Source: Lytechinus pictus
Taxonomy: Eukaryota
Length of the DNA: 64,000 nucleotides
Assembly (NCBI RefSeq): GCF_037042905.1
Contig: NC_087245.1
Coordinates: forward strand, 4,590,001-4,654,000
Direction of reading: 5' to 3'
Part shown: piece after piece, positions 37,101-48,824 of the stretch
Layout of the letters: every line of letters begins with the position of its first letter
How positions within the stretch are numbered: the stretch's first letter is position 1
Notes under the pieces: generated by a model
The model's database searches: none
What the model saw: the letters and a program-made list of their open reading frames with translations, nothing else
What the model was told of the DNA's origin: nothing
Program-made: the position numbers and the translations under genes

Positions 37101-40100
37101 CATTTAATCCACAATCAAAAACAAGTTATGACATTTTGAGAAAGTTAAGTCACATTAAGCAATTGACAAAGTAGATATTAGGGTGTGGATTGTGTTTCAT
37201 AAAGCTGTTGGATAAGTTACTCGCAACTTAACACAGGATTGGTGACCATTTCTTCTGCGTTATAAGATTCTTGGTCATTTATTTCCCTATTAGTTGAGGT
37301 ATAAATCCAATTTATGTAGATTAATATTCTCTTTGTTAACAACCATACAAAGTTTGTCATTTGTCAAAATTTGATTAGGGTTATAGAAAACTCACTTCTG
37401 TTTTTTTTAGGGAAATTTTAGGGTTTGTTATTTAGCAAAGGAAATGATTACCAGTTGTGCACTGAGTTATGAAGAAGCTTGAAAACAACTTTATGAAATG
37501 GGCTCCTGCCCAGTTGCAATAAACTTTGTACTTGCCAAGGAAATTTATTTCTATAGGTATTTGTATATAGCTAGTAGTTTTACCATTTCATATTTGATCT
37601 TGATAGTGCTGTTGACAATATTCATTATTCAGTTTGATATATTGCAGCTGTCATACCAAATTTACAAAACTGTTGACAATGCTACTCTGTGGACTCACAG
37701 TAGGGAAAAGAAGCAATATTTTATTTTGGAAGAGCACAGCTTTAAACACATACAATAAAAAAAACTATAAATATTGCCGACAGGTTTCAAGAAGAGCGTA
37801 TTATCATTTGCCACTCCCAGAATTGATACAAATAACTGGAAATATTTCAGTTTGAGAAATTGTCACAATCATCAACATCACTACCATGATCAGTCCTTTG
37901 TAAAAAAAGTTTGTAGTATTATATAAGTAGCCTGATTATATGAAATTCAATTTTGTTTTGATATGATGCAGGTGTGTGTTGCATACCTACAATATATTGT
38001 AAGATGAAACTATACAATGTTTATCATTGCAGGATCTGGTGACACACTTTAACTTCCACAACTATGATAACTTGAGACATCATTCAGCAAAGAAGATTGA
38101 CCCTGTTACGCAAAGAACACATAGTCAGGTTAGACAATGACGTGTTATAAGCTATTGTAATAAACTTCTGAAAACCATGATTTGATTGGGTCACTTTTAG
38201 CTGAGAGTGCATTGTATATAGATCTGAATGTTATAGTTTTCATAATTTTTGAGATCTTGGCCGTCGATTACGCCGAAAAATGGCACGCAGGTTGTCTGGG
38301 ACATGATCTACAAAATTGTATAGAGTTTAACCCTAAGAAGACAGGGGGACATTTTTTTGTGATAAATCCGCCGCGCAAAATGTTTTGACCGCGTCGCTCA
38401 CATTTTACATTCAAGTCTCGCGCAAATTTTGAGATCAAAATTGCGACCCGCTGGTATGTGGTTCCGAAGTTACGCAACATTTCGTAAGTGTATGCAGACC
38501 CAAAATTGCTCAAAAACCTGAATTTGTGTACAAATCCAATGCAAAAAGTGTTTTCAGCCAAAATTCATAAATGTATCATTATTTTTCCTGTTACTGATTG
38601 AAATCAATTAATTCCATCTTTTTGTGGTCAAAATAAAGTTCCTGACAATTTCCATTGAAAAAACAGAAAGTTGATAAACAAAGAAATACATAAGAAATTT
38701 AGAAAACAATAAAATACATAAAAATTTGATTTTTTTTAAAAAAGTACATTTGATCAGATTCATATAAAGTATCTGTGTATGAAAAATTAGCATTTTAGGG
38801 GCATTATTTAGTTAATTAGCGTCAACTTGATTTTTACGCATAAATTAGCATAATTAATTAGCAATGAGATTTCTTGCAGAATTTGATATTGTAGTTTTGT
38901 AGATTATGCCATGGATAATGCGCGTGTCAGTTTTCATTGCGATCGCGCGATCGACAACCGAGATCATAAGGGGGGCTGAATCAGCCCCCCCCCCTCAGTC
39001 TTTTTAGGCATCGAAATAGCCCAGTTTATTTAGGGTTAATAGGTTTTTTAGTGTTTAAATTTTATTTGTAAGCAGTATTGATGAAAACTTGTAAATAAAA
39101 TCCTAAAACTTTGAAATCTCAAACATTATTTGTGGTTGAACTGGATAGTCAATGTACAAAGTCTGTTGAATTGCAGAATTGAGTAGTCAAAGGGTTAATC
39201 TGTCGCCTTCTGAAATCAGGCTCTTCCCTATCAAAACTTATTGATTGCAGAATTGAGCAGTCAAGGGGTTAACCTGTTGCCTGCTGAAATCAGGCTCTTC
39301 CCTATCAAAACTTATTGATTGCAGAATTGAGCAGTCAAGGGGTTAACCTGTCGCCTGCTGGAATCGGGCTGTTCCCTATCAATACTTATTGAATTGTAGA
39401 ATTGAGCAGTCAAAGGGTTAACGTGTCGCCTTCTGAAATCAGGCTCTTCCCTATCAAAACTTGTTGAATTGCAGAATTGAGCAGTCAAGGTGTTAACCTG
39501 TCGCCTTCTGAAATCAGGCTGTTCCCTATCAATACTTATTGAATTGCAGAATTGAGTAGTCAAGGGGTTAACCTGTTGCCTGCTGGAATCAGGCTGTTCC
39601 CTATCAAAACTTATTGATTGCAGAATTGAGCAGTCAAGGTGTTAACCTGTCGCCTTCTGAAATCAGGCTGTTCCCTATCAATACTTGTTGAATTGCAGAA
39701 TTGAGTAGTCAAGGGGTTAACCTGTCGCCTGCTGGAATCAGGCTCTTCCCTATCAAAACTTGTTGAATTGCAGAATTGAGCAGTCAAGGTGTTAACCTTT
39801 CGCCTTCTGAAATCAGGCTGTTCCCTATCAATACTTATTGAATTGCAGAATTGAGTAGTCAAGGGGTTAACCTGTTGCCTGCTGGAATCAGGCTGTTCCC
39901 TATCAAAACTTATTGATTGCAGAATTGAGCAGTCAAGGGGTTAACCTGTCGCCTGCTGGAATCAGGCTGTTCCCTATCAAAACTTATTGATTGCAGAATT
40001 GAGCAGTCAAGGGGTTAACCTGTCGCCTGCTGGAATCAGGCTGTTCCCTATCAATACTTATTGAATTGCAGAATTGAGTAGTCAAGGGGTTAACCTGTTG

Positions 40101-43100
40101 CCTGCTGGAATCAGGCTGTTCCCTATCAAAACTTATTGATTGCAGAATTGAGCAGTCAAGGGGTTAACCTGTCGCCTGCTGGAATCAGGCTGTTCCCTAT
40201 CAAAACTTATTGAATTTCAGAATTGAGTAGTCAAGGGGTTTATTTCATTTACCTTCTCTTAATCTACCCTCTAGGCAACAAGAATCATGAAGTTATTGTT
40301 TGGTGCTTATAATGGTGATGCTAGTGCTTTGAGGCAGTACTTCCTCCAAGGTATGGACATGTCTGAGAGTGACTATGATAGTAGGACAGCTCTTCATCTT
40401 GCAGCTGCAGAAGGTAGAATCTTTCAACTTTATTCTCATATAGTGCAACTTTTCTGATAAATTTCCTCCCAGAAGATAGTTGATCAAAGTATTTACATGT
40501 AATTGAATCTAGACATCTTGCCATTGGTGTAATGAAATAGTTACATCTGAGTCCCTCATCCCACAGTCAATTGTAAAATCCATAAGAATTTTTCCCCAAT
40601 AAGTCAAACAGCAGATCTTAGACTTTATGGAAAGGATGACTAAGATATGATGTTTGGGTGTAGGGGCTGCTATGAAAACTGTGATAGTTAACCACAATTG
40701 GGGAGGTGTCAACACCATTTAGCATTCTACAAGAAAACCAGTAAGTATAAAGCATTGCATGTCTAATATTATTTTGACAATGACAACAATTACAAAAACT
40801 AAGTCATTCATTCCTCTGGCAAAAAGCTTATTTTTATCCATTACATTATTTCAATGCTGCGTAGGAAACAACATTTATGTTTTTTTTCTGTTTTATTTGT
40901 TTATTTACAGGTCATCTAGAATGTGTGGAGTTCTTACTTGAGAAGTGCAGTGTAAGTCCTGATGTACTAGACAGGTGAGTTGGACCCATCATCATTTAAA
41001 TAATGATGATAGAACTTATGATAATTCATAGTAATGAAGATACTGATACTGATGATGTTGATACTGATGACGTGATGAAGATGGTGGTGATGATGATTAT
41101 GATAATGGTGATGCTGATGATGATGATGATGATAATGGTAATGATGATGATGATGATGATGATGGTGATGGTGGTAGTGATAATGAGGATAATGATGAAA
41201 ATGATGATGGTTATGATGATGATGAGGGTAGTGGTTGTGGTGGTGGTTGTGATGGTGGTGATAATGTAGTTCTCGTTCATTTAAAAAATGTTCTGCTATG
41301 GCAGTTCACTCTTATATCCCTTGCCTTCATCCCTGACATACATTTTCTTCATCTAACTTGAATTTTATTCAGCCATTTCCATTCTCTAATAAAAGTAAAA
41401 AAGAAAGAAGATCATTTTGTACATGTACTTGAGTATTTCCACCATCTTATTCCCTCTCAAATGCATATTTTCTGATTGAAAAATGCTGCAATCTCTTGAT
41501 TACTTATGTCCAGAACTGTTAAGAACTTTTCATGCTTTTATGCTTCTGAGTATTTGAGATGAACTTTGCAAGTTTAGTTGTATTTCCAGAAAGATAGATG
41601 AGGAATATATCAGGACCAGAATATATATCAAAAGATTGTGAAAGAATTCTGATACATGATGTTGTAATAGCGTAGATAGTTTGCCTCAAAATGTTCACCA
41701 TACTGATTTATTCAGTCCAAGAAAGAAACTAGTACCCTAGCTTTTGATACCCCATCTACTATCTACCATCACATTTTCTTGTTTGCTGCCCTCTTACATC
41801 TACATTGAAGCAGTGTCTGTTAATCGTATGACTCATAGTGGACATAGTTTGGTTTATCAGATATGAGGTGTATGAAGTACCCTGTGATTGTCTTACAATT
41901 TCTTGATTAGAATGATATCTGTGTAGCCAGGCAACCTAATGCATTGATTGTCATGATGTTACTGATAGCCTAAACCAGAAAAAGATTGTGCACAACGAGA
42001 CATGCAGACAATACAGAGAAAGACAGACATTGGAGCGAGAGGTGATGGGAGGGCAAAGGGAGAGGGGAGGAGATTGGAAGGGGTAGGAAGACAGATGAAT
42101 GTGAGGGAGACAGAAACCAAGAGAATTAAGTAAAGTGAATAGGAGAGAGAGAAAGAACAAGGTATAATACTTATTAATGCAATAATGTAATTAAAGTCCT
42201 TGGTTGAGAGCTAATGAAAAATTAAAAATCCTGATTTTCTTCATTGTCTATTTTTATATTTGTGTCAATTGTGTGATCAGTACAAATGTATTTCAGACCA
42301 GGAATTTCCTTATTGGAGGATCAGTCAGGATGTAAAAATGATTGATTGCATAATTACTGATTATTTGCAAAGTTATTAATAATAAGCAAAAGATGAAGGG
42401 ATTACTACCATATGATTTCATGATTATAATTACATAATTTACTTATTTAATCTTTCATCTATCTTTATTTACTTCACCTGAACCGTAGGTAAACTCCTAG
42501 TTACCTGACCTACCAATAATACCAATATAATGGTGATTTTTTTAATGTACTTTACTATCCGTCTACTACATGTACATAAATGTCTGCCTAACTGTCTATC
42601 CCTCTTCCATCATTCTAATGTATCTTATCATAAGATTATATTTTTTGTAAGCCTGCCATTAATGCAGTGATACTTTGTTCATCAATTCAGATATTCACTG
42701 CTTTATCAGTCTGTCAGTCCTTCTATCTATCCATCCATCAATCAATTCAATCAATCAGAAGTCATTCAATGAGTTTAAGATCAAACTATGTCTAGTGGTT
42801 TCAATAGCCAGCAGTAGGCCATAGGATTAAACCGGTTATCTCCTAGAGTTCATATTTGCTCTAGGTGGTCATAAAGTGATTAGGGCTAATTAACCTGTTG
42901 TCTTTAGATAAAACAACACACTTAGATTACCAGTGAGTCAGTGTAATCATTTCTGATATCTGAAACAAAATGGCTTCATTTGTTCCCATTTCCTTGCTGC
43001 ACACTTTCCAAAATATGAAAATTCATTCCAAAATTTATTTGATTTATTGTAGATTTTCAGATGGAAGTTTATAAATGACAAAATATGACCTGGGAGGCAG

Positions 43101-46100
43101 CAAATTGTTAAAGAAAATTTAAAAAGAATTAACATCTCGCTAAACTAAAACAATGCTTGGATCATGTGGTAAAACTTTCATACCTCCGTGGTGGTTTTGC
43201 AACCTTTTGCAGCATGAAATAGACTGTTACATCTTGCCATTTTCATAAAAATGCACATCCTTCAAAAATCATTTGTGTGCCCAGTTAAAACCAAACTTAA
43301 AGCCTGATATGGGGAGATGTGTCTATCATGTGTATGTTATCAGGTTATCTAACCTATAGGTGGTTAGTGGTTAGTTTGCTATCATTCTGGTTGATAGACA
43401 GATAGGAGACTGAACTGAATGATGTCAGTATACCATGTATCACATGTCCTCATATAGATTAGAAGAAGAAAAAAATCAATATTAAATAACAAAAGAACAA
43501 ATGAAAATATTTACAAGATAAAAAAGTATGAGAGTGAAAGTACATTTACATTTATATTCATTTAAGCAAAATGGAAATTGATATATAAAGATGAAAGATG
43601 GCATTTAGAAGATAAAGGAGAGTTTGAAAATAGTGTTTGAAGGGGGAGCAGGGGTAGAAAAAAATGTTGATTTGTTTGCATACCCACTTCTATTTACACA
43701 CATGTACCCAAAAAACTATCAAGGAAGTTACAACTCCACTGATCTAAACAGCTTTAGATGTAGGTGTTCATTCTACCAAAGTAACACATACTTGATAGAG
43801 CTCCATGAGTGGCATGATGCCACCTCATTAAGAACCAATTAAAAGCTCTTCATAAGTTCTAGATGTCAGGATGATGTTGCCAGTAAGTCTAGGAGTGCCA
43901 AGTTTGGCAATGACTCAGTCTATGTCTATGTCATAAGGAAACACCTCCAGCAGTTGGAGTAGTCCTGGCCCTAAAGGTGGACTCTCCCAGAGTTAAAGTG
44001 ACATGGAAAGTTTGATCTGCATAAATGCTGATACTGTATTGTACTATTTCCATTTGTCATCTTCTCAAGCAAACAACTAAGACAGCTGAATGAAATACCC
44101 TTTGATATACTAGTATTCCTCAATCTTGTCTAACATTTAACCTGAATAACAATATTAATAATAATAGATTTTACTATAACACATGTTTTCCATGTACTCC
44201 AGCCCCCATATATGCGAACTCAGTCTCCAACGAGTTCAAAATTAGTTAATGAAAATTGGAAACATTGCTTACCCCCAAAATTCAATATTAGTTAAGCAGT
44301 AAGAGAATACTTGCTGAAAAAGATAATTTATGAAATTTATCAAGTGGGTAAATCCAGGATCCGATCAACCATAAATTTCGAAGTAAATGTAAATATTCAT
44401 TGTGAATTTGAACGCTTATCAAGATTTTTGTTCTCTTTCATGAATTTTGATTGCAAAAGTATAGAAGTGATGGCAAATTTATCTCAAATTTTAAAAGTTT
44501 GGTTTTAATCTTTAACCACTGTTTCCCATCACATCATCGCAGTGATGATGACTAAACTTACATCATCTTTAATGAAGAGGGGGGGGCATCCAATTATCTG
44601 CTTATAGCCATCCCTCAAGATGATAAACACTTGTAACTTTGACTTTGAAATGTCTTAGTTGGGAATCCCTTCCTCCATTACTTTGTTTATTCTTTGCTCT
44701 CTCTCCACACAGTTTGAGATGTGCATGTAACTGGTTTTTAATTGCATCAGAAGTGATTGTCAACTTGATGATAGGTTGCCAATTTACTGATATGTCAACA
44801 TATCAGCTCTGAATCAGCACAAGGGAATTTCTTACTCTGTTGGAATACAGGAGGATAATGATCTTGACGTCAATTTATTTTGGAATGATGCTTCTTATCT
44901 TATATTGTTGATTTGATTTTCCCTGCGTTATTGCATATCATAGATTGAAATCTCATATATTGCGTAAATTAGATATGTTTGGATAATATTATTATCACAT
45001 ATGCAGTTTATTTCACCTTGGAAAAAAGATGAAGGCGCCAAAATTTGGAAACAATATTGCAAGGTTTCTGTTGAGAAAAACAATTTTTTTTTTTCATTTA
45101 AAATACCAATTATGAGTGTGACTTTGCCAATAAATTAATGTTTCATTAACCCTAAAATGGCCGGGGGGGGGGGGGGGGTTCGAATCAACCCCCCCCCCTG
45201 TGGTTTTTCGCGATAATTTTAAAACCGAAAAAGATTTCACCCCAGCCTTTCATGAATTTTGAGCCCCAAGTCTTGCGGACCTTACGCACCTTTCAAAAAA
45301 AAAATTGGACCTACCGGTCTCGCGCAGCGTGTCATTTTACGATCGTGCGCGTGCCCAAAAACTGAAATTTTCTATATCATAATACATGTATGGAAAGGCA
45401 TACAGTATAACATGGGATGAATTGTGTATGGATCATGTTTGCATGCCAGATTGTTTACCAAACAAGTGCCCATTATTACATTTTATATGTTTGAATATAT
45501 ATTTATGATGTCCAAGTTCAAGGTCACCTTTTCATTAATTTGCATATCTAATTAACTATATATTATTCATGATCACTAAATCATGTCTGAAGATTGGAGA
45601 GTACATTTCATATTACATGTGTACCAAATTGGGCAGCCCCAGCACGTTTTATTAGTGAAAAAACAGGAAAAATGAATGAGATTCAAAACATTGGGAAAAA
45701 CAGGGATATACATAAGAAATTAACAAAACAATAAAAAAAAAAAAAGAAAGAAATGTTGATACCAATATTTTTTGTTCAAGTATATTGCTAGGGCAGCCCC
45801 AGCACGATTTATAAGTGAGATTGAATGAGATATAAAACATACAGAAAAACAAAGAAATACACAAGAAAATTACAAAACAATTAAAAACATAAGAAATGGA
45901 TGTTGAAACCAATTTTTTTTTCTCAAGTTCATTGAAAGGAATGCTACAAAGAATATTCAAACAAAAAAATTGAATTTTTGGAGCTTATTTTTGGATTTAG
46001 AGCAAAACCATGATTTCACGCATAAATTAGCATAATTGATTAATATAAAATATTTAAAAAAAGATTTTTTTAATTTTTTTTTTGTAAATAGGTAAATTAT

Positions 46101-48824
46101 GCCTCAAATAACCTGTGTGCCAATTTTCGTGGTGATTGTGCGATTAACGGCCGAGTTCTCAGGGGGGTTGAATCAACCCCCCCCCCCCCCCCCCCCCCCG
46201 GCCACAGAGCAGCCAAAAAAGCCTGGCCTAGTTAGGGTTCAATATCAAGTCAGGATTTATTTATTTATAATTTTTTTTTTTAACAAGTGCACACCAAGTT
46301 ACCAATAATGCATATAGCATTTCCATTTATTTGAAAGCAGGATAAAAGAGCATTGTGCATTAAATGTTTTGCTCACGGGCATACGTGCCGCGGCCGGGGA
46401 TCGAACCCCGGCCTTTCTATGTATAGCCAGGCGCCTTAGACCACTCGGCCACGGGACCTCCACTTATTTATTTACAATTTTGCTGAAATTTTAATTTGAA
46501 GCATGGACCACAAACAATGGGAACATGCATGTATCACTCCCATTGGAAGTACATGTTAATTTCTACAACATACAGTCATGCTGGAAAATCGCAGAATAAA
46601 CAATTTGTTATAGTTAATTGTCCAGAATTTTCTTTAAAACAATTTTAAAAACTATTACTTGAAAGTATTTGAAAATGGACAATGTTTCATTTGATCTATC
46701 TAAAGATCAAACACACAAATTTAAAATAAGGTTACCCCATAGAAGAGAGATAGAAAAAGAAGAAGTTTACCCTCAGGATTTAATCCCTGACCTCACCCCC
46801 TCATCACCATAAAGTCATTATCTCAATCAAGATGTTGTTCTAGTCAATACACTCCTATTCAGATATTTAATCCCCATTTTGTCTCCACTTGAGGTTTTTC
46901 AATCTCAATTCTTTGATTATTGTAATGTATGTATGTATTTTTTTTCAATTCATTTTTTAATTGTCTTTGCAGTGTTGAATTGTTTGAATTTAATTTGTAT
47001 CCCCCCCCCCCCTCTTTTCTCTCTCTCTCTTTCTCTCTTATTATTTCTCTTTGTCTTCCTTCCTATGCTTTGACATTGTTCCATGTATTCACCAATATAT
47101 CATTAAACTCCCCATTTATGTATATCAATTATTGGAAATAGGTGTGTATATTTTCTACAAAAATATATTGACTGTAATAGGGAGCAGCTTCAATTGTCTG
47201 AGATTGCAATATGGTTGCTAAGTCCCTGGCTCTAATCCTCTAGTTCACACCTAGTGATACAATTTCTTTTTTGGATTCCTTAAAAGGATTTGCTAACAGA
47301 ATAATGAAAAACTATTGATACTTTTGAGGATGCTGAAATCAGTCTTCAATATTTAAGTAGTTAGCCCATCTCTCCATCTCCATCATGTATCCAGGCCACT
47401 GATGATCCTTCAGACCTTCCTACCCCCCCCCCTGCCCCTAGATGATGAGTCACTATTAGTACCTTTATCTAAACCATCTCCATTCTTAACCTTGTTTGAT
47501 GTCCACTTTAACCTATTATGTGAGTCACTCAAAACAATACTGACCCACACTGTAATTGAACAACTCTTCAAAAGTGGCTACAAGGTTTGGTCCCCCACTC
47601 CAGGTAGAGCTTTTATAAACCTTGTTCATAGTTTGTGAACACTCTTTCATACACCGCCGACTTTTAGGCTTTTGTTTAACTTTCTTTGCAATACCAACTG
47701 TTATCAGTTTTTATTATCTCTACCATTTTGATTACCATAAAACTATTGTTGATGTGTGAGTCATACAAGCTGAAAACTTTCTCAAAGATTGCCATGGTGA
47801 TGTTATTTCACTCCTCCCCCACTCCAGTGACAGGACTTTTTAAAAGAAGAAATACTCTACCATAAAGGACACACAATTAAGTAAAAGCGAAATTCATCTC
47901 TAATTGATTTGATATAATAATACTTCATTCTTATGTCACATTTGTTGTGTTAAAAAGTGATTATAATGGTGTATTTTCAAAAATCAAAACTAAAAGAATT
48001 ATGTTTAAAGCAGTCATATTGCTTAAAAAGAAAATGGTGTGACTGCATAAATAATGAGAAACAGCTAATGAAAATTAATTTACAAGAAGAGATTATATAA
48101 TTCTGGATAGTAGATGTAATTGTTAGAGGAATTGGTTAATAGCATTGGCTATGGTGTAAAGGCATATTTGCCTGTTTATTGTAATCATTTAACAAAAACA
48201 AAAAATTATGGATGTGCATACATAGCTTACCCTTGCATATAATAAAATATTATTCTAACTCCCTTAAAACATATTCAAAAGGGATTTGGTATCCAAATGG
48301 TGAAGAAAAATTGTAATATGATTTAGAATAGAATTCCAAGACAGTGATATGATATTAAGAATCAATTTTCAAAAAATCAAAATTAGTTATTTTTTTGCAA
48401 ATCATTAATGGCCTCATGATAATCCCAGTCCTAGAGTATAACATATGATGTCTACTGTATATGACATATGTCCGTATGACAAGTATTAACAAAAATCAAT
48501 CTCAAGTCCCAAATGCACACTATTGATTCGTTGAAAATAAAGTTGTGTATGATTTTATAGATTTGTGTTTGATTACAACTCTTTCTGCAACAGGTTTCTT
48601 TTCATGAATAGAATATTAACAATTGGTGCCAATTTGAAGAGCAAATATAGTGTTATCTCATCCTTATAAGCTGAATACTCCCAAAAGATGCTGTGAATCA
48701 ATCATTGTTTATCATCCTATACAGATGGGGCCACACCCCTCTAGATGATGCAAGACTCTTTGGACATACTGATGTTGTTGAGATGCTAGAGAACTTTAAA
48801 TCAAGAAGACAGGAACAACCATGA
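12486..48824 (+). CDS. GLS: Glutaminase (GLS/GLS2 family, mitochondrial, with C-terminal ankyrin repeats), 14 coding exons, about 591 aa
   Basis: join(12486-12697,27116-27194,28894-29027,29569-29698,30050-30293,30823-30881,31424-31515,34351-34468,35876-36052,36941-37072,38033-38128,40275-40413,40911-40974,48725-48824) = 1776 nt, all phases compatible. Motifs [56 protein letters not shown] and [11 protein letters not shown]. Confidence 0.95.
15848..17302. mobile_element. Non-autonomous TA-TSD DNA transposon (Tc1/mariner-pogo-like) carrying a nested MITE
   Basis: TA flanks; TIRs GGGGAAGGCGGGGTAAGTTG / CAACTTACCCTGCCTTCCCC; internal repeats of GGGGCAAGTTGAGCCA. Confidence 0.8.
15966..16568. mobile_element. 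Kolobok-like MITE, copy 2
   Basis: TTAA TSD; highly similar to 9971-10574. Confidence 0.85.
17329..17446. repeat. About 59-bp direct tandem duplication
   Basis: TTACTGGT..AATCTCTTGCATGAGGTTTCTAGCAG..GAACCACTCACATGTTAAATC occurs twice. Confidence 0.9.
18739..20965 (+). mobile_element. tRNA-derived SINE with Deu-domain-like body, interrupted at 18924-20791
   Basis: A box TGGCTCAATCGG (18750) and B box GGTTCGAGTCC (18794). The body matches the uninterrupted copy at about 51590-51886. The AAGAACCC..CACTATT..GTAGGGG..CCCGGTGT blocks resemble the DeuSINE core (recalled, not searched). Confidence 0.75.
18924..20791. mobile_element. Non-autonomous hAT-like DNA transposon with a 6-bp TSD
   Basis: Perfect 14-bp TIR CAGAGATGCCAACC / GGTTGGCATCTCTG. 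GGAGAG is duplicated relative to the empty SINE site at about 51690. Confidence 0.85.
20838..21575. repeat. About 367-bp tandem duplication (SINE tail plus palindromic Harbinger-like MITE)
   Basis: Two nearly identical consecutive units, each containing GGGGCCTTTTGCAGAAAGAGTTG..CAACTCTTTCTGCAACAGGCCCC. Confidence 0.92.
22085..23612. mobile_element. Non-autonomous DNA transposon with CAG..CTG ends and a 4-bp TSD (Academ-like)
   Basis: TIRs CAGTCAGACCGCAGGTCCC / GGGACCTGCAGTCTGACTG; TGTA on both flanks; related inverted copy at 33056-34104. Confidence 0.8.
22420..22861. mobile_element. PIF/Harbinger-like MITE nested in the 22085 element
   Basis: TIR G(A/G)CCCCTGTTACATCTGA; 3-bp TAT TSD. Confidence 0.8.
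26054..26224. mobile_element. Palindromic MITE (Harbinger-like)
   Basis: GTTTCATAAAGCTGTTCGTAAGTTAAGAGCGAC and its inverted copy. A degenerate relative lies at about 37190-37505. Confidence 0.75.
27116..27194 (+). CDS. GLS: Glutaminase coding exon 2
   Basis: [28 protein letters not shown] / GTAAGT boundaries. Confidence 0.85.
27259..28763 (+). mobile_element. Helentron-associated non-autonomous element (HINE/DINE-1-like) with an internal tandem array
   Basis: T-run insertion site; subterminal IR GTCTCACCTGC / GCAGGTGAGAC; 5' GTGAGAC stem; (GGC)n microsatellite; about 162/192-bp core repeats; ends in CTTGTT. Confidence 0.82.
28894..29027 (+). CDS. GLS: Glutaminase coding exon 3
   Basis: [20 protein letters not shown]...; AG / GTAAGT boundaries. 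Confidence 0.92.
29569..29698 (+). CDS. GLS: Glutaminase coding exon 4
   Basis: [25 protein letters not shown]...; AG / GTGAGA boundaries. Confidence 0.93.
30050..30293 (+). CDS. GLS: Glutaminase coding exon 5 (catalytic SxxK, activation loop)
   Basis: [44 protein letters not shown] / GTAAGT boundaries. Confidence 0.96.
30823..30881 (+). CDS. GLS: Glutaminase coding exon 6
   Basis: [19 protein letters not shown]. Confidence 0.95.
31424..31515 (+). CDS. GLS: Glutaminase coding exon 7
   Basis: [31 protein letters not shown]. Confidence 0.95.
32206..32937. mobile_element. Second Kolobok-like MITE, containing a Harbinger-like MITE at about 32264-32424
   Basis: TTAA TSD; TIRs containing ATGAAACCTTT / AAAGGTTTCAT; long internal palindrome. 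Confidence 0.78.
33056..34104. mobile_element. Academ-like non-autonomous element, copy 2 (inverted)
   Basis: TIRs CAGTCAGTCGGCAAGCCC / GGGCTTGCAGACTGACTG; GGAT TSD; interior similar to the reverse complement of 22085-23612. Confidence 0.8.
34351..34468 (+). CDS. GLS: Glutaminase coding exon 8
   Basis: [39 protein letters not shown]. Confidence 0.95.
34904..35759. mobile_element. PIF/Harbinger-like MITE
   Basis: TIRs GTGTTTATGCTTCCA / TGGAAGCATAAACAC, with inner AGAATCAGCGTTT / AAACGCTGATTCT. Confidence 0.72.
35876..36052 (+). CDS. GLS: Glutaminase coding exon 9 (GC donor)
   Basis: [39 protein letters not shown]; donor CAG/GCAAGT. Confidence 0.95.
36941..37072 (+). CDS. GLS: Glutaminase coding exon 10
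   Basis: [44 protein letters not shown]. Confidence 0.96.
38033..38128 (+). CDS. GLS: Glutaminase coding exon 11
   Basis: [32 protein letters not shown]. Confidence 0.94.
38331..39035. mobile_element. piggyBac-like MITE
   Basis: TTAA|CCCTAA ... TTAGGG|TTAA. Confidence 0.8.
39166..40240. repeat. Minisatellite, 74/75-bp unit, about 14 copies
   Basis: Unit TTGA(A)TTGCAGAATTGAGYAGTCAAGGGGTTAACCTGTYGCCTGCTGGAATCAGGCTGTTCCCTATCAAWACTTA, read directly. Confidence 0.97.
40275..40413 (+). CDS. GLS: Glutaminase coding exon 12 (ankyrin repeat)
   Basis: [28 protein letters not shown]. Confidence 0.95.
40911..40974 (+). CDS. GLS: Glutaminase coding exon 13 (ankyrin repeat)
   Basis: [23 protein letters not shown] / GTGAGT boundaries. 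Confidence 0.94.
41003..41265. repeat. Degenerate (GAT/GGT)n trinucleotide repeat
   Basis: Read directly; similar tracts at about 29070-29210 and 29715-29800. Confidence 0.9.
45150..46237. mobile_element. piggyBac-like MITE, related to 38331-39035
   Basis: TTAA|CCCTAA ... TTAGGG|TTCA; shares the CGCATAAATTAGCATAATT and GGGG..GAATCA.CCCCC blocks. Confidence 0.78.
46270..46463 (-). mobile_element. Short tRNA-derived SINE with A-tail and TSD
   Basis: Minus strand: A box TGGCCGAGTGG, B box GGTTCGATCCC, about 110-nt tail, poly(A); flanking TTATTTATTTA(T/C)AA duplication. Confidence 0.85.
48725..48824 (+). CDS. GLS: Glutaminase last coding exon
   Basis: [32 protein letters not shown] followed by TGA. 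Confidence 0.93.

Noticed and set aside
39166..40240. CRISPR-like array
   Set aside because: Units are contiguous near-identical repeats without unique spacers, no cas genes are present, and the array lies in a eukaryotic intron.
41003..41280. Met/Val-rich and Ile/Thr-rich ORFs
   Set aside because: Translations of a trinucleotide repeat.
46385..46463. tRNA gene on the minus strand
   Set aside because: A and B boxes are present, but the acceptor and anticodon stems are poor and the sequence continues into a tail, poly(A) and TSD, so it is a SINE head.
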